From an uncultured bacterium (GTDB lineage: Bacteria > JAJVIF01 > JAPKYR01): a stretch of DNA of 30,568 nucleotides. Below are positions 1 through 8,741 of the stretch, one piece after another. A model generated the notes under the pieces. That model was not told the origin of the DNA, made no database searches, and saw only the letters and a list, made by a program, of their open reading frames with translations. Within the stretch, counting starts at the first letter, position 1; each line of letters opens with the position of its first letter. The stretch spans positions 1-30,568 of the forward strand of contig CBDURU010000032.1 of NCBI GenBank assembly GCA_965369865.1, read 5' to 3'. A program made the position numbers and the translations under genes.

Positions 1-392
1 CGCCCAAACAATCTCCCAAACCCTCTATTAAATTCGAACGCTCGTTTGGAGGGCTTTCCCAACGTCCGTTTTATTTATACTGCCGGTGGCCCCTCAAAAC
101 GAGCGCCCAAACAATCTCCCAAACCCTCTATTAAATTCGAACGCTCGTTTGGAGGGCTTTCCCAACGTCCGTTTTATTTATACTGCCGGTGGCCCCTCAA
201 AACGAGCGCCCAAACAATCTCCCAAACCCTCTATTAAATTCGAACGCTCGTTTGGAGGGCTTTCCCAACGTCCGTTTTATTTATACTGCCGGTGGCCCCT
301 CAAAACGAGCGCCCAAACAATCTCCCAAACCCTCTATTAAATTCGAACGCTCGTTTGGAGGGCTTTCCCAACGTCCGTTTTATTAATACTGC
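1..392. repeat. Tandem array of a 103-bp unit (~3.8 visible copies, probably truncated by the window start)
   Basis: cgcccaaacaatctccc starts at 1, 104, 207 and 310. Copies are identical except one substitution near the end of the last. The array contains the inverted pair ccctcaaaacgagcg / cgctcgtttggaggg once per period. The period is not a multiple of 3. Confidence 0.97.
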
Positions 393-404
393 TTGCTGTT
401 GAGC

Positions 405-1748
405 TTAAATTCCAAGTGGACCGAAATTGATATCCGGCCAGAAAATTAGTTTGTCGCCTACCCTCTTCACACCCTTCACTCCGCCATCCTGAGATATTAC
501 AAACGCGACGCTCTCCGGATATTCCCAGCAGAAACGGAATGCCGACCTGTGGCGGGTTCCGTAGGACTCGATCGGTACCGGTACTGTCGATTCGGCGGTG
601 TGATCCCGTGTCAGGTACACTTGTTTTAGCCCCGGTGCGAGTATAGTGATCTCGGTGCCGAATCCAAGCAGCCGCAGCCTGTCTGTCATCAGGATAGCAC
701 CATCGACACCGGATGATGAGGCGTACAATTGAACGCAGTCCTTAATGCGGTGATCCACCTCGTCGCGTTGGGTTTCCAGCGTGTTGATCTGATGGTATAT
801 GCTGATCGGTGAACCGCCTTCCCCCCGGAAAAATTCCATGAACAGCTTATTATGTTTGTAGCGGAAAACCAGCGATCTTAACAAGAGCGACCAGAGAAGG
901 GTGTAATTGCACGGGTACTTGATCATCAGTCCTGGGTAATGGTCGCTATTTTCCTCAACCTGCCTGTCGGGTATTACAAGCAATGCTCCCCCATGGCCCT
1001 TCTGCCGGATCTGGAACAGCAACCTCTCAATAAAACGGAAATAGAGCTCCCTTGGAAAATCCACAGACTTATTGTTAAGGCAGTACGCGTCTTCTTTAAT
1101 CTGCGCGCATACTTCACTGTTCAGTGATGAGAGTGCTTCCTCGAGGAAGTCGGCAATCGGACCCCGGTACAGTGTCTGCGATGAAGGCGTAATCACGTCA
1201 CCTTTTTTCAGGTTTATTAACACACTCCCCTCTCGGGATATAGTCAGGTTTCCGGGCTCGGATGATGAAACAGCCAGGCAATTCGGAGGGGGAACGCCGG
1301 TTTTACTCTCACGCTGTGTGAATTCCCACCATGATGAACCTGTATTCAGGAGACCCCAGATCTTAAGAGGCGCTTCACCGTCATCGCTTAGGTCTCCATT
1401 TTCAGGAGAAACACAGATAAGGACATTCGTATGATCCGTCGCCGGTGCCAGCCTTAATATTTCCTGCACTGAAAAGTCCCGTGGATTTGTAAACTTCACT
1501 GGCTCGTACAACCGCCCCAGTTCCTCAGGACCCGCTACCTGGCTGGCTTCCTCAGGGGTGATGTATGCGATCCTGAATTCAATCTGCCTTGCTTCCTCGG
1601 TAAACATGCTCGCATGGTACGCGACCTCAAGGAATTGCCTCAGGTACTCCACTGGTGGAATCTGGGTTATTACACGGCCGCTATGGGTTGTACTGGCCCA
1701 TGCTGCCTGTACCTGGGTGACTAGATTATGTGGATAAGCAAATTCCAT
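405..1748 (-). CDS. DisA-type diadenylate cyclase (DAC)-fold protein with an N-terminal putative sensor domain (DACNV-like)
   Basis: 447 aa. C-terminal DAC motifs HGGALLV, VDGA, GTRHRSA and ISQDG. No TM anchor as in CdaA and no HhH as in DisA. Confidence 0.8.
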   Translation of the reverse strand: MEFAYPHNLVTQVQAAWASTTHSGRVITQIPPVEYLRQFLEVAYHASMFTEEARQIEFRIAYITPEEASQVAGPEELGRLYEPVKFTNPRDFSVQEILRLAPATDHTNVLICVSPENGDLSDDGEAPLKIWGLLNTGSSWWEFTQRESKTGVPPPNCLAVSSSEPGNLTISREGSVLINLKKGDVITPSSQTLYRGPIADFLEEALSSLNSEVCAQIKEDAYCLNNKSVDFPRELYFRFIERLLFQIRQKGHGGALLVIPDRQVEENSDHYPGLMIKYPCNYTLLWSLLLRSLVFRYKHNKLFMEFFRGEGGSPISIYHQINTLETQRDEVDHRIKDCVQLYASSSGVDGAILMTDRLRLLGFGTEITILAPGLKQVYLTRDHTAESTVPVPIESYGTRHRSAFRFCWEYPESVAFVISQDGGVKGVKRVGDKLIFWPDINFGPLGI

Positions 1749-1885
1749 ATCTGGTTATCAGTCAGTATCTGAAATCCTCACTTCATTCCCCGCGTCATTA
1801 ACTGTATATAATATCTTTGAATTCAACCGCATGCTGCACATTTGGACCATAACATAAGAGTATTTTTCGCACCGTCGATCAATAC

Positions 1886-3931
1886 ATGCTAAAATACCCG
1901 GCCATGAACACCGTAATGATACGGTCATTGTGGGTTCTCTATTTCCTGTGCCTGATCCCCACACTGGTGACGCTTGCGCACAGGATTGATCTGGATGCTG
2001 GATTTAAAAACACCGCCCTTGTGGCGGACTATGTGCAACTGCTCGAACTCGCGCAGACTGAAAATGTGCCGGTCGATAATGTCCTGTTCCGTGTCAGGAA
2101 TGAAGCCGGGATAGACCATCTCGCGCTTCTTGAAGACACACCTCAGTTCCTTGCGCAACGCGGGCTTTGTACGATCATCGAAGGTGTTGGCTGGCCGGGT
2201 TGGAAAACCGAAGAGGAACGGGATGAAATCCGGCGTAACCAGGGCAGGGAAATCGAGGAAGCGTCCACTCCCGAAAATAACTGGCCCCTGCTACAGGGTC
2301 TCGACCACGATCTAACCCACTTGATCTTCAGCGACAATGATACTTTCCTGCGAATTGCTGAGAGTGCTTTCGATCGCTATCCGGGACTCGTGGTAGTCGA
2401 TAACCGTGGACCTGATGGTGGAGTGATCTCATTAGCAGGCGAGCCCAAAATCATCCTCGAGTGGGGACTTGGTTTCGATCCCAAACTCGTCCAGAAACTT
2501 CGCGACCTTGGACTCACACTCTATCCCCGGTTACGGCACTATCCGGGATATTCAAATGCTACCGTATCAACAATCCTTAGCGATACCGCTCAAATGTTCC
2601 CCGACAGCGTTCTCATTTTCGACGGTGACAGTATTCTCGGGAGTTCCGGACGTTTAACACCGGTCGCATTTGAAATCAGGAACTCAACCCTGAATTTCGG
2701 ATGGGTTGAATTCGCTGAGCAGAAAGGTTCTAGAGAGCTGGCAGCAATGGTCCCTGATCGCACCGCCCGTGTCCACTCAATTGAAGACGAGGAAATGGAA
2801 GTAATCACGGTCGAACGTGCTATCGCAAGATATGTCCGGGCAGTCAGGGAAAGAACCGCGAGAATTGTCTACCTGAAACCCTTCCTGCTCCAGACCGGGC
2901 AGACAAATCGTATCAGCGAAACTATCCGGCTGTTTTCCGGAGTGAAGAGTGAACTGGAGTCAGTTGGTTACACAACCGGACAACCTGGTTTTGTTGCCGA
3001 ACTTAAAGGTGTCAATCTCATTACCCAGGCAGCCTGTGTACTCGCACTCGCCTGCGCGTTGATTCTCCTGTGCTATACGCTGTATCCCAGGACCTGGATT
3101 GCACTACCATTTCTTATCCTCATTGGTGTTTTTCTTATCTGGGGAATGGGCATGTTCGGACGGAAAATAATCGCACTCGGACTTGCCGTTACAGCTCCCA
3201 CCCTTGCGGTCGCCTGGATTACCCATAAATCCGAGCTGTTCCAAGCCAGTAAATCATCCATCCTGCAACCAATATTCCTGTGGCTTGGAGCTGTGGCGAT
3301 CTCACTCACCGCCGGATTATTTATCCATGCGATCCTGATCAACAATCACACGCTTCTCCAGATCGACGCATTTTCCGGTGTGAAAATCGCGTTGTATCTG
3401 CCTATTCTGCTTTCGGTTTTGATCGGCGTAAGGCTGATTTTGCCCCAGGAAAACCGGACACTCTCATCGGCGGTTTCATACCTACTCAATATACAGATAA
3501 AAATCTGGCACGTGATACTCGCGCTTTTCGGACTGATCGTACTTTTCATAATGCTCGACAGGTCCGGAAATTTCCCCATACTTTCGGTTGCCACGTGGGA
3601 AAATCAGATTCGCGGATGGTTTGAAACCATGCTCTATGCCCGTCCTCGCACCAAGGAAATGTTTATCGGACATCCGGCGCTGTTGATCGGACTGATGATC
3701 GGATTTTCCGGATTCCTCTACAGGCGGGCGGTGATGTATGCCGGTCTCGTAATTGGATCGATCGCGCTCACATCGATGGTCAATACGTTCTGCCACATCC
3801 ATACGCCATTGATTTTGTCGCTGTTTCGAACTTTAGCCGGTGTTATTATCGGCGGTGTCCTGGGAATTTTAATCGGAATAATCCTTTCCATATTCCTTGC
3901 GAAGTTCAGTCGATCAACCCGCCAGACATGA
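1886..3931 (+). CDS. DUF5693-family multi-pass membrane protein
   Basis: 681 aa. N-terminal TM, a soluble domain with RVHSI and RYVRAVRER, and many C-terminal TMs with RPRTKEMFIGHP and NTFCHIHTP motifs. Confidence 0.8.
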   Translation: MLKYPAMNTVMIRSLWVLYFLCLIPTLVTLAHRIDLDAGFKNTALVADYVQLLELAQTENVPVDNVLFRVRNEAGIDHLALLEDTPQFLAQRGLCTIIEGVGWPGWKTEEERDEIRRNQGREIEEASTPENNWPLLQGLDHDLTHLIFSDNDTFLRIAESAFDRYPGLVVVDNRGPDGGVISLAGEPKIILEWGLGFDPKLVQKLRDLGLTLYPRLRHYPGYSNATVSTILSDTAQMFPDSVLIFDGDSILGSSGRLTPVAFEIRNSTLNFGWVEFAEQKGSRELAAMVPDRTARVHSIEDEEMEVITVERAIARYVRAVRERTARIVYLKPFLLQTGQTNRISETIRLFSGVKSELESVGYTTGQPGFVAELKGVNLITQAACVLALACALILLCYTLYPRTWIALPFLILIGVFLIWGMGMFGRKIIALGLAVTAPTLAVAWITHKSELFQASKSSILQPIFLWLGAVAISLTAGLFIHAILINNHTLLQIDAFSGVKIALYLPILLSVLIGVRLILPQENRTLSSAVSYLLNIQIKIWHVILALFGLIVLFIMLDRSGNFPILSVATWENQIRGWFETMLYARPRTKEMFIGHPALLIGLMIGFSGFLYRRAVMYAGLVIGSIALTSMVNTFCHIHTPLILSLFRTLAGVIIGGVLGILIGIILSIFLAKFSRSTRQT

Positions 3932-3995
3932 AATTATTTATGGATAACATTGATTTTAATTCACATATCTCTTTAAAAACGATTAAATTTAGTTG

Positions 3996-4001
3996 TATAA
4001 T
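3996..4001 (+). promoter_or_regulatory. -10 box just upstream of the ATG at 4007 (possible leaderless transcript)
   Basis: TATAAT at 3996-4001, 5 nt before the ATG, with no Shine-Dalgarno. AT-rich upstream region. Confidence 0.45.
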
Positions 4002-4006
4002 TAGAT

Positions 4007-4624
4007 ATGCACGTCGTTTTCAGCAAAGATCAAGGCTGTCTCGACGGAATTGAGGCCGAGGAATTGGACGAGTATAAGCTTGCCGGCCTTCTGGGTATGA
4101 CTGTTACAGAGGGACCGCTCCTCCCCGGGCCAATACTGAAAGGTCACTGGAGAGGTTTTACTGTAGAAATTATGGTCGCTCCCAAGGTGCTGGAGTATGA
4201 AGAAACCGTCCACATGTTCCCGCAACCTCCGGAATTCCAGATCACTTTCCACCTCACGAAAACCGCGGATATCGAACTCGGCATCCGCCATCGCGCGATC
4301 GAGGCGACCGGGTTGGTCCGTCCACTGCTGAGGGGAAAAAAGAAATGCATGCTGCCGCCGGATTTCGGGCGCGATTTTATCGTTCGCGGGCCCAGCACAA
4401 AAGCGGCGAAAATGATCCTGGATGACGGGATGCAGGAACTCATACGACGGCTCGAGAAGTTCGGTCCCCCCGAACTCGCGATCGATTACTCTTTACTCAT
4501 TTACCGCGGCGTTGGCGATTTTATCGAGCGCTACCGCGAGCTTCCCACACTGCTTGGCTGCATGGTCGAGATCGGACGTTTGCTCGACAGTAAACTCACG
4601 ATCATCCTCCGGGACCTCTCGTAG
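4007..4624 (+). CDS. Hypothetical protein (205 aa)
   Basis: Long ATG ORF with natural composition, co-oriented with the upstream gene. No recognised motif. Confidence 0.7.
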   Translation: MHVVFSKDQGCLDGIEAEELDEYKLAGLLGMTVTEGPLLPGPILKGHWRGFTVEIMVAPKVLEYEETVHMFPQPPEFQITFHLTKTADIELGIRHRAIEATGLVRPLLRGKKKCMLPPDFGRDFIVRGPSTKAAKMILDDGMQELIRRLEKFGPPELAIDYSLLIYRGVGDFIERYRELPTLLGCMVEIGRLLDSKLTIILRDLS

Positions 4625-4705
4625 CATCCCGTGCCGTTAGCTTCCAGCTATCGGATTACGCGTGCCGACCGCTTCCAGCGGTTGGATTGATCGCGCTGGT
4701 TTTAA

Positions 4706-4818
4706 CCTGGGTGCCGACGACAAGCGGAGCCTGGGTGCCGACGACAAGCGGAGCCTGGGTGCCGACGACAAACCTGGGTGCCGACGACAAGCGGAGCTAA
4801 AGCGTAGCTTGTCGGCGC
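4706..4818. repeat. REP-like 24-bp tandem repeat with a terminal hairpin
   Basis: cctgggtgccgacgacaagcggag at 4706, 4730 and 4773, with a 19-bp truncated copy at 4754. The last copy pairs with gcttgtcggc at 4807-4816. Lies between convergent genes. Confidence 0.9.
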
Positions 4819-4830
4819 TTATGACCACCC

Positions 4831-5217
4831 TCATTTTTTCCCGATCTTTTCTCCCCTCACCTCCTCCCGCGCGATATCCCTCTCCCTTGTTTCCTCCTCG
4901 TCGAGTTTCGTAATATCCGGCATCCCATCTAAAATTCTCTGTAACATCTCGGGATCCTGACTTTCAAGCTCCTCGAAAAAGCCATCCGTTATTTTGGCGA
5001 TATCATAAAGTTCGCCAAGCTTGACATAGAACGCGCACTGATCCTTGATTAATTTTGCTTGTTTGTCAAGTATATCGAGCTTGCATTTGACCGCTGCAAT
5101 GCTTGTGGAGTCGGGATTGAACTGCACACGCTTGTAAAGGCGTTTGTACCGGCGTTTAACAGCGTTTAGCTCGCATTCGAGCGCGAGCACACGTTTCTGG
5201 TATGCTAAAATAATCAT
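4831..5217 (-). CDS. Hypothetical helical/coiled-coil protein (~128 aa)
   Basis: The ATG at 5217 is preceded by an AAAGGTGA SD and a perfect sigma70 promoter. The track's TTG start at 5247 is less likely. Confidence 0.7.
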   Translation of the reverse strand: MIILAYQKRVLALECELNAVKRRYKRLYKRVQFNPDSTSIAAVKCKLDILDKQAKLIKDQCAFYVKLGELYDIAKITDGFFEELESQDPEMLQRILDGMPDITKLDEEETRERDIAREEVRGEKIGKK

Positions 5218-5265
5218 TTGGGTCACCTTTCCCCGGTGGGGGGACAAATTTTAACTCCTGGGGGT

Positions 5266-5294
5266 ATTATAGCCTATTTTTGTGGTTTTGTCAA
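5266..5294 (-). promoter_or_regulatory. Consensus sigma70 promoter
   Basis: Minus strand TTGACA (5294-5289), 17 nt, TATAAT (5271-5266). Confidence 0.85.
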
Positions 5295-5350
5295 GTGTGG
5301 GCAAGGGGAAAGTGGGATTTTTTTGGGGGATTTTTCAGTGGAGGGGATCG

Positions 5351-5420
5351 GTAGGCCCACATCTATCTGATGTGGGGGGTGGATGGATATGGAGCCCATA
5401 TCAAATAGATATGGGTCTGT
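5351..5420. repeat. GTAG-type REP doublet (REPIN-like)
   Basis: gtagg-cccacatc-tatct-gatgtggg hairpin at 5351-5376 and an inverted degenerate copy cccatatc-aaata-gatatggg at 5395-5415. Confidence 0.75.
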
Positions 5421-5449
5421 GGCTTGTATAATTGGTATGTGGAACTTGG

Positions 5450-6742
5450 CTATTTGGGCTTCGCTAGGACATCTGCCCAGTTCAATAAATGGCCGACAGG
5501 CTGTAAAAGAGGATTATCCTTATAGTCTAGGAAAGCAGCGCGCAATAATTCGGCATATTCACCTCTTTTAATACCGGCTCGGAGCATTTTTATCTCTTCG
5601 AGTCTTGCGAGCATAAAATGCTCTTTGGATTCTGTATCAGTAAGTTGAACCGGATCAGGTTTCCTTCTGCAGATAGAGCATTCACATATCAAATCGGGAT
5701 ACTGTTCTATTTTTATCCTCATTGTTTCCGGTTCAATCTGCACTTTTTTCTTTAATTTGGACAAATAATATCTCGGAGGAAGACCTCCTTCGATATCGAC
5801 TTCTGCAGATGATGACTTTTCTTCACCATAACAAATGCCACATGCGAAACCTGTCAGCCCAGCATAATGCAATGCCATTGCATAGGCATCGCCGTACATG
5901 AGCATCACAGGTTTCTTATGCTTGCTTAGCTCTTCCACAGAGCTAAATACCGTTTTCAATATTGCAGGTGTGGCCTTACGACCCAAGAAGCCGTCAGGCC
6001 AAAGCAGAAAACCATCCGCGCCAGCTTTAATATAATCGTCTGCAATCTGCACAATATCACTGACCAGAATTTCTGTACTGGCTAGAATGACGGCAAATAC
6101 AGGGGTGTCATCGGATTGAGCAATCGACAATTTAATGAAATCAAGATTGGTTTGATGCCAACCACGAGGACCCAACGTTGTAACAGGAAAATAGGGGGCA
6201 ACGACGCACATTGGCGGATTCTTACTTCTGCTCTTTCCTTTAGGGATCCATTTCTCATATTTCTTGTACTTCGGTGGAATTTCTGATAAACGATTCAGCT
6301 GGAACGAAATTACTTGACTTACAAACTTTTTCCTGACTTCCGCTTTGGCAAAGTCTTTTGGGGTAATCGATCTATTCTTATCAACAACCTTTTTCACTAC
6401 TCCCTTGTAATCTTCCTCTACCAGCTTCAAATATGATCGCTTAATATCTCCCTTCTTTTTGACCCCAAATCTATCACGGATTGTTCTTCCTGTTTCCTTA
6501 TCCTTTATAAAGCGTCTAATAAACGAAGGATCATTCGCAAAGATATAGGTCAGGGGGTCAATAAAATATGGTTTACCAAGAGATCCCACAAACTCTGTGC
6601 AAAATTTAGAGAAATATGAGGCAATGTGCGCAGGCACGATGACACCATCATATGTATCGCGTTGTTTTTTGAATAGTCCTTTCTCCTTAGTAGGTCCGAG
6701 TCTGTAAAAGCACCAGGGTTTTTTTGCGCTTAGTAATGGCAT
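5450..6742 (-). CDS. Uncharacterised protein with a C-terminal CxCxxC...H zinc motif (tRNA-guanine-transglycosylase-like TIM barrel, inferred)
   Basis: 430 aa. Alternating beta/alpha pattern (YFIDPLTY, VVAPYF, ADGFLLW, GFACGICYGE) and CECSIC followed 16 residues later by H, resembling the TGT zinc site. Lacks the canonical TGT DSGG motif. Confidence 0.55.
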   Translation of the reverse strand: MPLLSAKKPWCFYRLGPTKEKGLFKKQRDTYDGVIVPAHIASYFSKFCTEFVGSLGKPYFIDPLTYIFANDPSFIRRFIKDKETGRTIRDRFGVKKKGDIKRSYLKLVEEDYKGVVKKVVDKNRSITPKDFAKAEVRKKFVSQVISFQLNRLSEIPPKYKKYEKWIPKGKSRSKNPPMCVVAPYFPVTTLGPRGWHQTNLDFIKLSIAQSDDTPVFAVILASTEILVSDIVQIADDYIKAGADGFLLWPDGFLGRKATPAILKTVFSSVEELSKHKKPVMLMYGDAYAMALHYAGLTGFACGICYGEEKSSSAEVDIEGGLPPRYYLSKLKKKVQIEPETMRIKIEQYPDLICECSICRRKPDPVQLTDTESKEHFMLARLEEIKMLRAGIKRGEYAELLRAAFLDYKDNPLLQPVGHLLNWADVLAKPK

Positions 6743-7205
6743 CGGCTACAGCTCCTATTCGTTTTGGCTTATACAAATCTGCATTTCTAATTGTCTCTTT
6801 TAAAAGGCGATAATGAGATATACTGAAGCAGTCGTTCCGTGAAGCGGGAATAAGAACGGAAGCGACATTATTCACGGAAATGAGCCCGACATTGTGACTT
6901 AAGAAGAGCGTGCTTTGTCCTGAACACAACCGTGCTGCGAGCGGTGCCGGAAGAGCTATATACGATCGCTGGGCAACGACTTGATTTATGGCTGCTTGCT
7001 TGAATGCACCACGCCAGTCATAAAGCTTGGTTTCTACAGCACAGAGACTTTGGAGCGTCCGCGAGGCGAAGAGAAGATCGATATGTTTTCTTAAGAATGG
7101 AACTTCAGCAAGAATAATATCAAGATTGGCGAAGAGGGCAAGAAGGGGAGCATACATGTCCACCTCGCGATTAAAAACTGCGTCGCGCCCTGTTAACTGT
7201 ATCAT
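6687..7205 (-). CDS. PD-(D/E)xK superfamily nuclease-like protein
   Basis: 172 aa. E...EVP...IDLL...AVETKLYDWRGAFKQA...SYIALP gives D and ExK plus a downstream Q helix. Confidence 0.7.
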   Translation of the reverse strand: MIQLTGRDAVFNREVDMYAPLLALFANLDIILAEVPFLRKHIDLLFASRTLQSLCAVETKLYDWRGAFKQAAINQVVAQRSYIALPAPLAARLCSGQSTLFLSHNVGLISVNNVASVLIPASRNDCFSISHYRLLKETIRNADLYKPKRIGAVADAITKRKKTLVLLQTRTY

Positions 7206-7766
7206 CTATTCTCCCTCTTCTTCAATAATTTTATCGACGAGCTGGAAAAAATATGCGTCGAGAAATATCATCACTGATCCTGCAATTAGAAATCCAAGGA
7301 GGGATATAAGAAACAAAGTCATGCAGACCGTTAAGAACCACACAGCAACGCTAAAGTATTTGAACAATAAAACAAAGAATATAATTACGATCATAATCCA
7401 ATTGAGAGCAAAGGCCCCAACACTAAAATTAGAAAGCCATTTAAAGAGCGATTTGACCTTGTTATGATCTGCCAAATCCTTTGAAAGCCCTTCCACCAAC
7501 ATCCGTTGTTCAGGAGTGGCGTATATTTGTTCTACCGTAATCTTCATTGATTTTAGTTCGCTTTCGATATTGGAATAATGCGATGATGCACGCTGTACAA
7601 ACCTATCCCGAAGGATACTTAAGGCAACATTACGGAGACTTTGGTATTCCAGACAGATCTTTTGGCGCCATTGCAGGATTCCTCCGAATGCGAGGGACAC
7701 AAGAATAGCAACACAGGCAAAAACCAATGTGAGAAGGTCAATGTTATCCGTAATGAACTGGTTCAT
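7206..7766 (-). CDS. Three-TM membrane protein
   Basis: 186 aa. One N-terminal TM, a soluble helical linker and two C-terminal TMs. ATGA overlap with the upstream gene; its TAG abuts the next ATG. Confidence 0.8.
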   Translation of the reverse strand: MNQFITDNIDLLTLVFACVAILVSLAFGGILQWRQKICLEYQSLRNVALSILRDRFVQRASSHYSNIESELKSMKITVEQIYATPEQRMLVEGLSKDLADHNKVKSLFKWLSNFSVGAFALNWIMIVIIFFVLLFKYFSVAVWFLTVCMTLFLISLLGFLIAGSVMIFLDAYFFQLVDKIIEEEGE

Positions 7767-8320
7767 AGTGATAACACTGATTTCTTTGCGAAAGCTGGGT
7801 ACTTGCGGTACACATATCTGAGAAGTTTGAAAAACTCCATTGAATTGAACCTCCGCTTAATGTTATATATTTCGTTCTGTCTCTCCCCGTCAAGAGCTTC
7901 GTAGATCTCTCTTGCAGCCTCTATACCTGTTTCGGTGAGGGAGAAATCGCGGCGGGTAGGAGTTTTTGTTAATCGGAATCCAAAATCACTAAGAAAGGCG
8001 TTTTCATCGGCTCCCTCATATTCATTGCCCGAAGGAACTTGTTCACTCAATATTAAATGAATATCCTGTGAAAATTCTAAATCATCGTAAATATCATCCA
8101 TACATGGTCCAAAGTCGTATGCCTTGAAATTATAGAGATTTGGTATATCCTTATAAAATCCACCTTCTTTCCACAAAAGGAACATTAGCTTTTGAAGACG
8201 AGTTATTCCTTTTATAGGTTCGCCGAACTCTCCGGTGGCACCAGGTGTATACAGCAGAGCAAGGAGGACATCAAGACCGGTCTCAATAATAGGGGTTGTA
8301 TCTTTATTTTGGTTCGCCAT
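7763..8320 (-). CDS. SocA/Panacea (DUF4065)/YwgA-like winged-helix protein
   Basis: 185 aa. GITRLQKLMFL, YNFKAYDFGP, FSLTETG and LLRYVYRKYP motifs. AAGGA SD. Confidence 0.72.
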   Translation of the reverse strand: MANQNKDTTPIIETGLDVLLALLYTPGATGEFGEPIKGITRLQKLMFLLWKEGGFYKDIPNLYNFKAYDFGPCMDDIYDDLEFSQDIHLILSEQVPSGNEYEGADENAFLSDFGFRLTKTPTRRDFSLTETGIEAAREIYEALDGERQNEIYNIKRRFNSMEFFKLLRYVYRKYPAFAKKSVLSL

Positions 8321-8357
8321 GAGCCGCGTTCCTTTTGGGCTAGATTCATCATATCAG

Positions 8358-8387
8358 ATTATAAGAGCGTCCATTAGCCGCTGTCAA
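8358..8387 (-). promoter_or_regulatory. Consensus sigma70 promoter of the four-gene island operon
   Basis: Minus strand TTGACA (8387-8382), 18 nt, TATAAT (8363-8358). Confidence 0.8.
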
Positions 8388-8406
8388 CAGCTTTAGTAAG
8401 GAGCAA

Positions 8407-8478
8407 GTAGCCAGGGAATGCATTTCCCGGGGTCCATAAATAATTTTAACAGTCCCGGGAAGTGCATTCCCGGGTTAC
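8407..8478. repeat. Second REP doublet (REPIN-like), different sequence family
   Basis: gtagccagggaatgcatttcccggg (8407-8431) and an inverted copy at 8454-8478 (reverse complement gtaacccgggaatgcacttcccggg), with an AT-rich spacer. Confidence 0.8.
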
Positions 8479-8488
8479 GAACTGACGT

Positions 8489-8650
8489 TTAAAAGGCGCG
8501 CGGGCATAATACATAATAGATGATCGCGAAAGGCCCAAATACGACTCCTATAAAGAATGCCCAGCATCCTGAATGTCCTTTCGCGGACGCAATAAGATAG
8601 CAAATAATCCCGCAGAGTATCTCTAATAATATGCCTACTACATATTCCAT
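8489..8650 (-). CDS. Small two-TM membrane protein (53 aa)
   Basis: MEYVVGILL...IASAKGHSGCWAFFIGVVFGPFAII, a common KG.S...W...G...GP small membrane motif. GAGGT upstream of ATG 8650. Confidence 0.7.
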   Translation of the reverse strand: MEYVVGILLEILCGIICYLIASAKGHSGCWAFFIGVVFGPFAIIYYVLCPRAF

Positions 8651-8712
8651 CTGCTGACGGGAACCACCTCGTATTTTTTCTGGATAAGAATTCGGCACCA
8701 CTTAACGGGAGC

Positions 8713-8741
8713 ATTATACTCGTGTGAATATGTGCGGGCAA
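8713..8741 (-). promoter_or_regulatory. sigma70-type promoter
   Basis: Minus strand TTGCCC (8741-8736), 17 nt, TATAAT (8718-8713). Confidence 0.55.

Noticed and set aside
46..386. Three short + strand ORFs
   Set aside because: They are by-products of the 103-bp repeat cycling through frames, with no SD.
1..392. CRISPR array or integron attC array
   Set aside because: The units are identical end to end with no unique spacers or cassettes. There are no cas or intI genes and no convincing RYYYAAC/GTTRRRY boxes.
4637..4913. ORFs with SSAPRLRL / LGADDKRS repeats
   Set aside because: They are translations of the 24-bp DNA repeat, whose frame is broken by a 19-bp copy.
5450..6742. Canonical tgt or dpdA gene call
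   Set aside because: It lacks DSGG and the other TGT signature motifs, and no dpdB/C or que genes are nearby. Only a fold-level resemblance is proposed.
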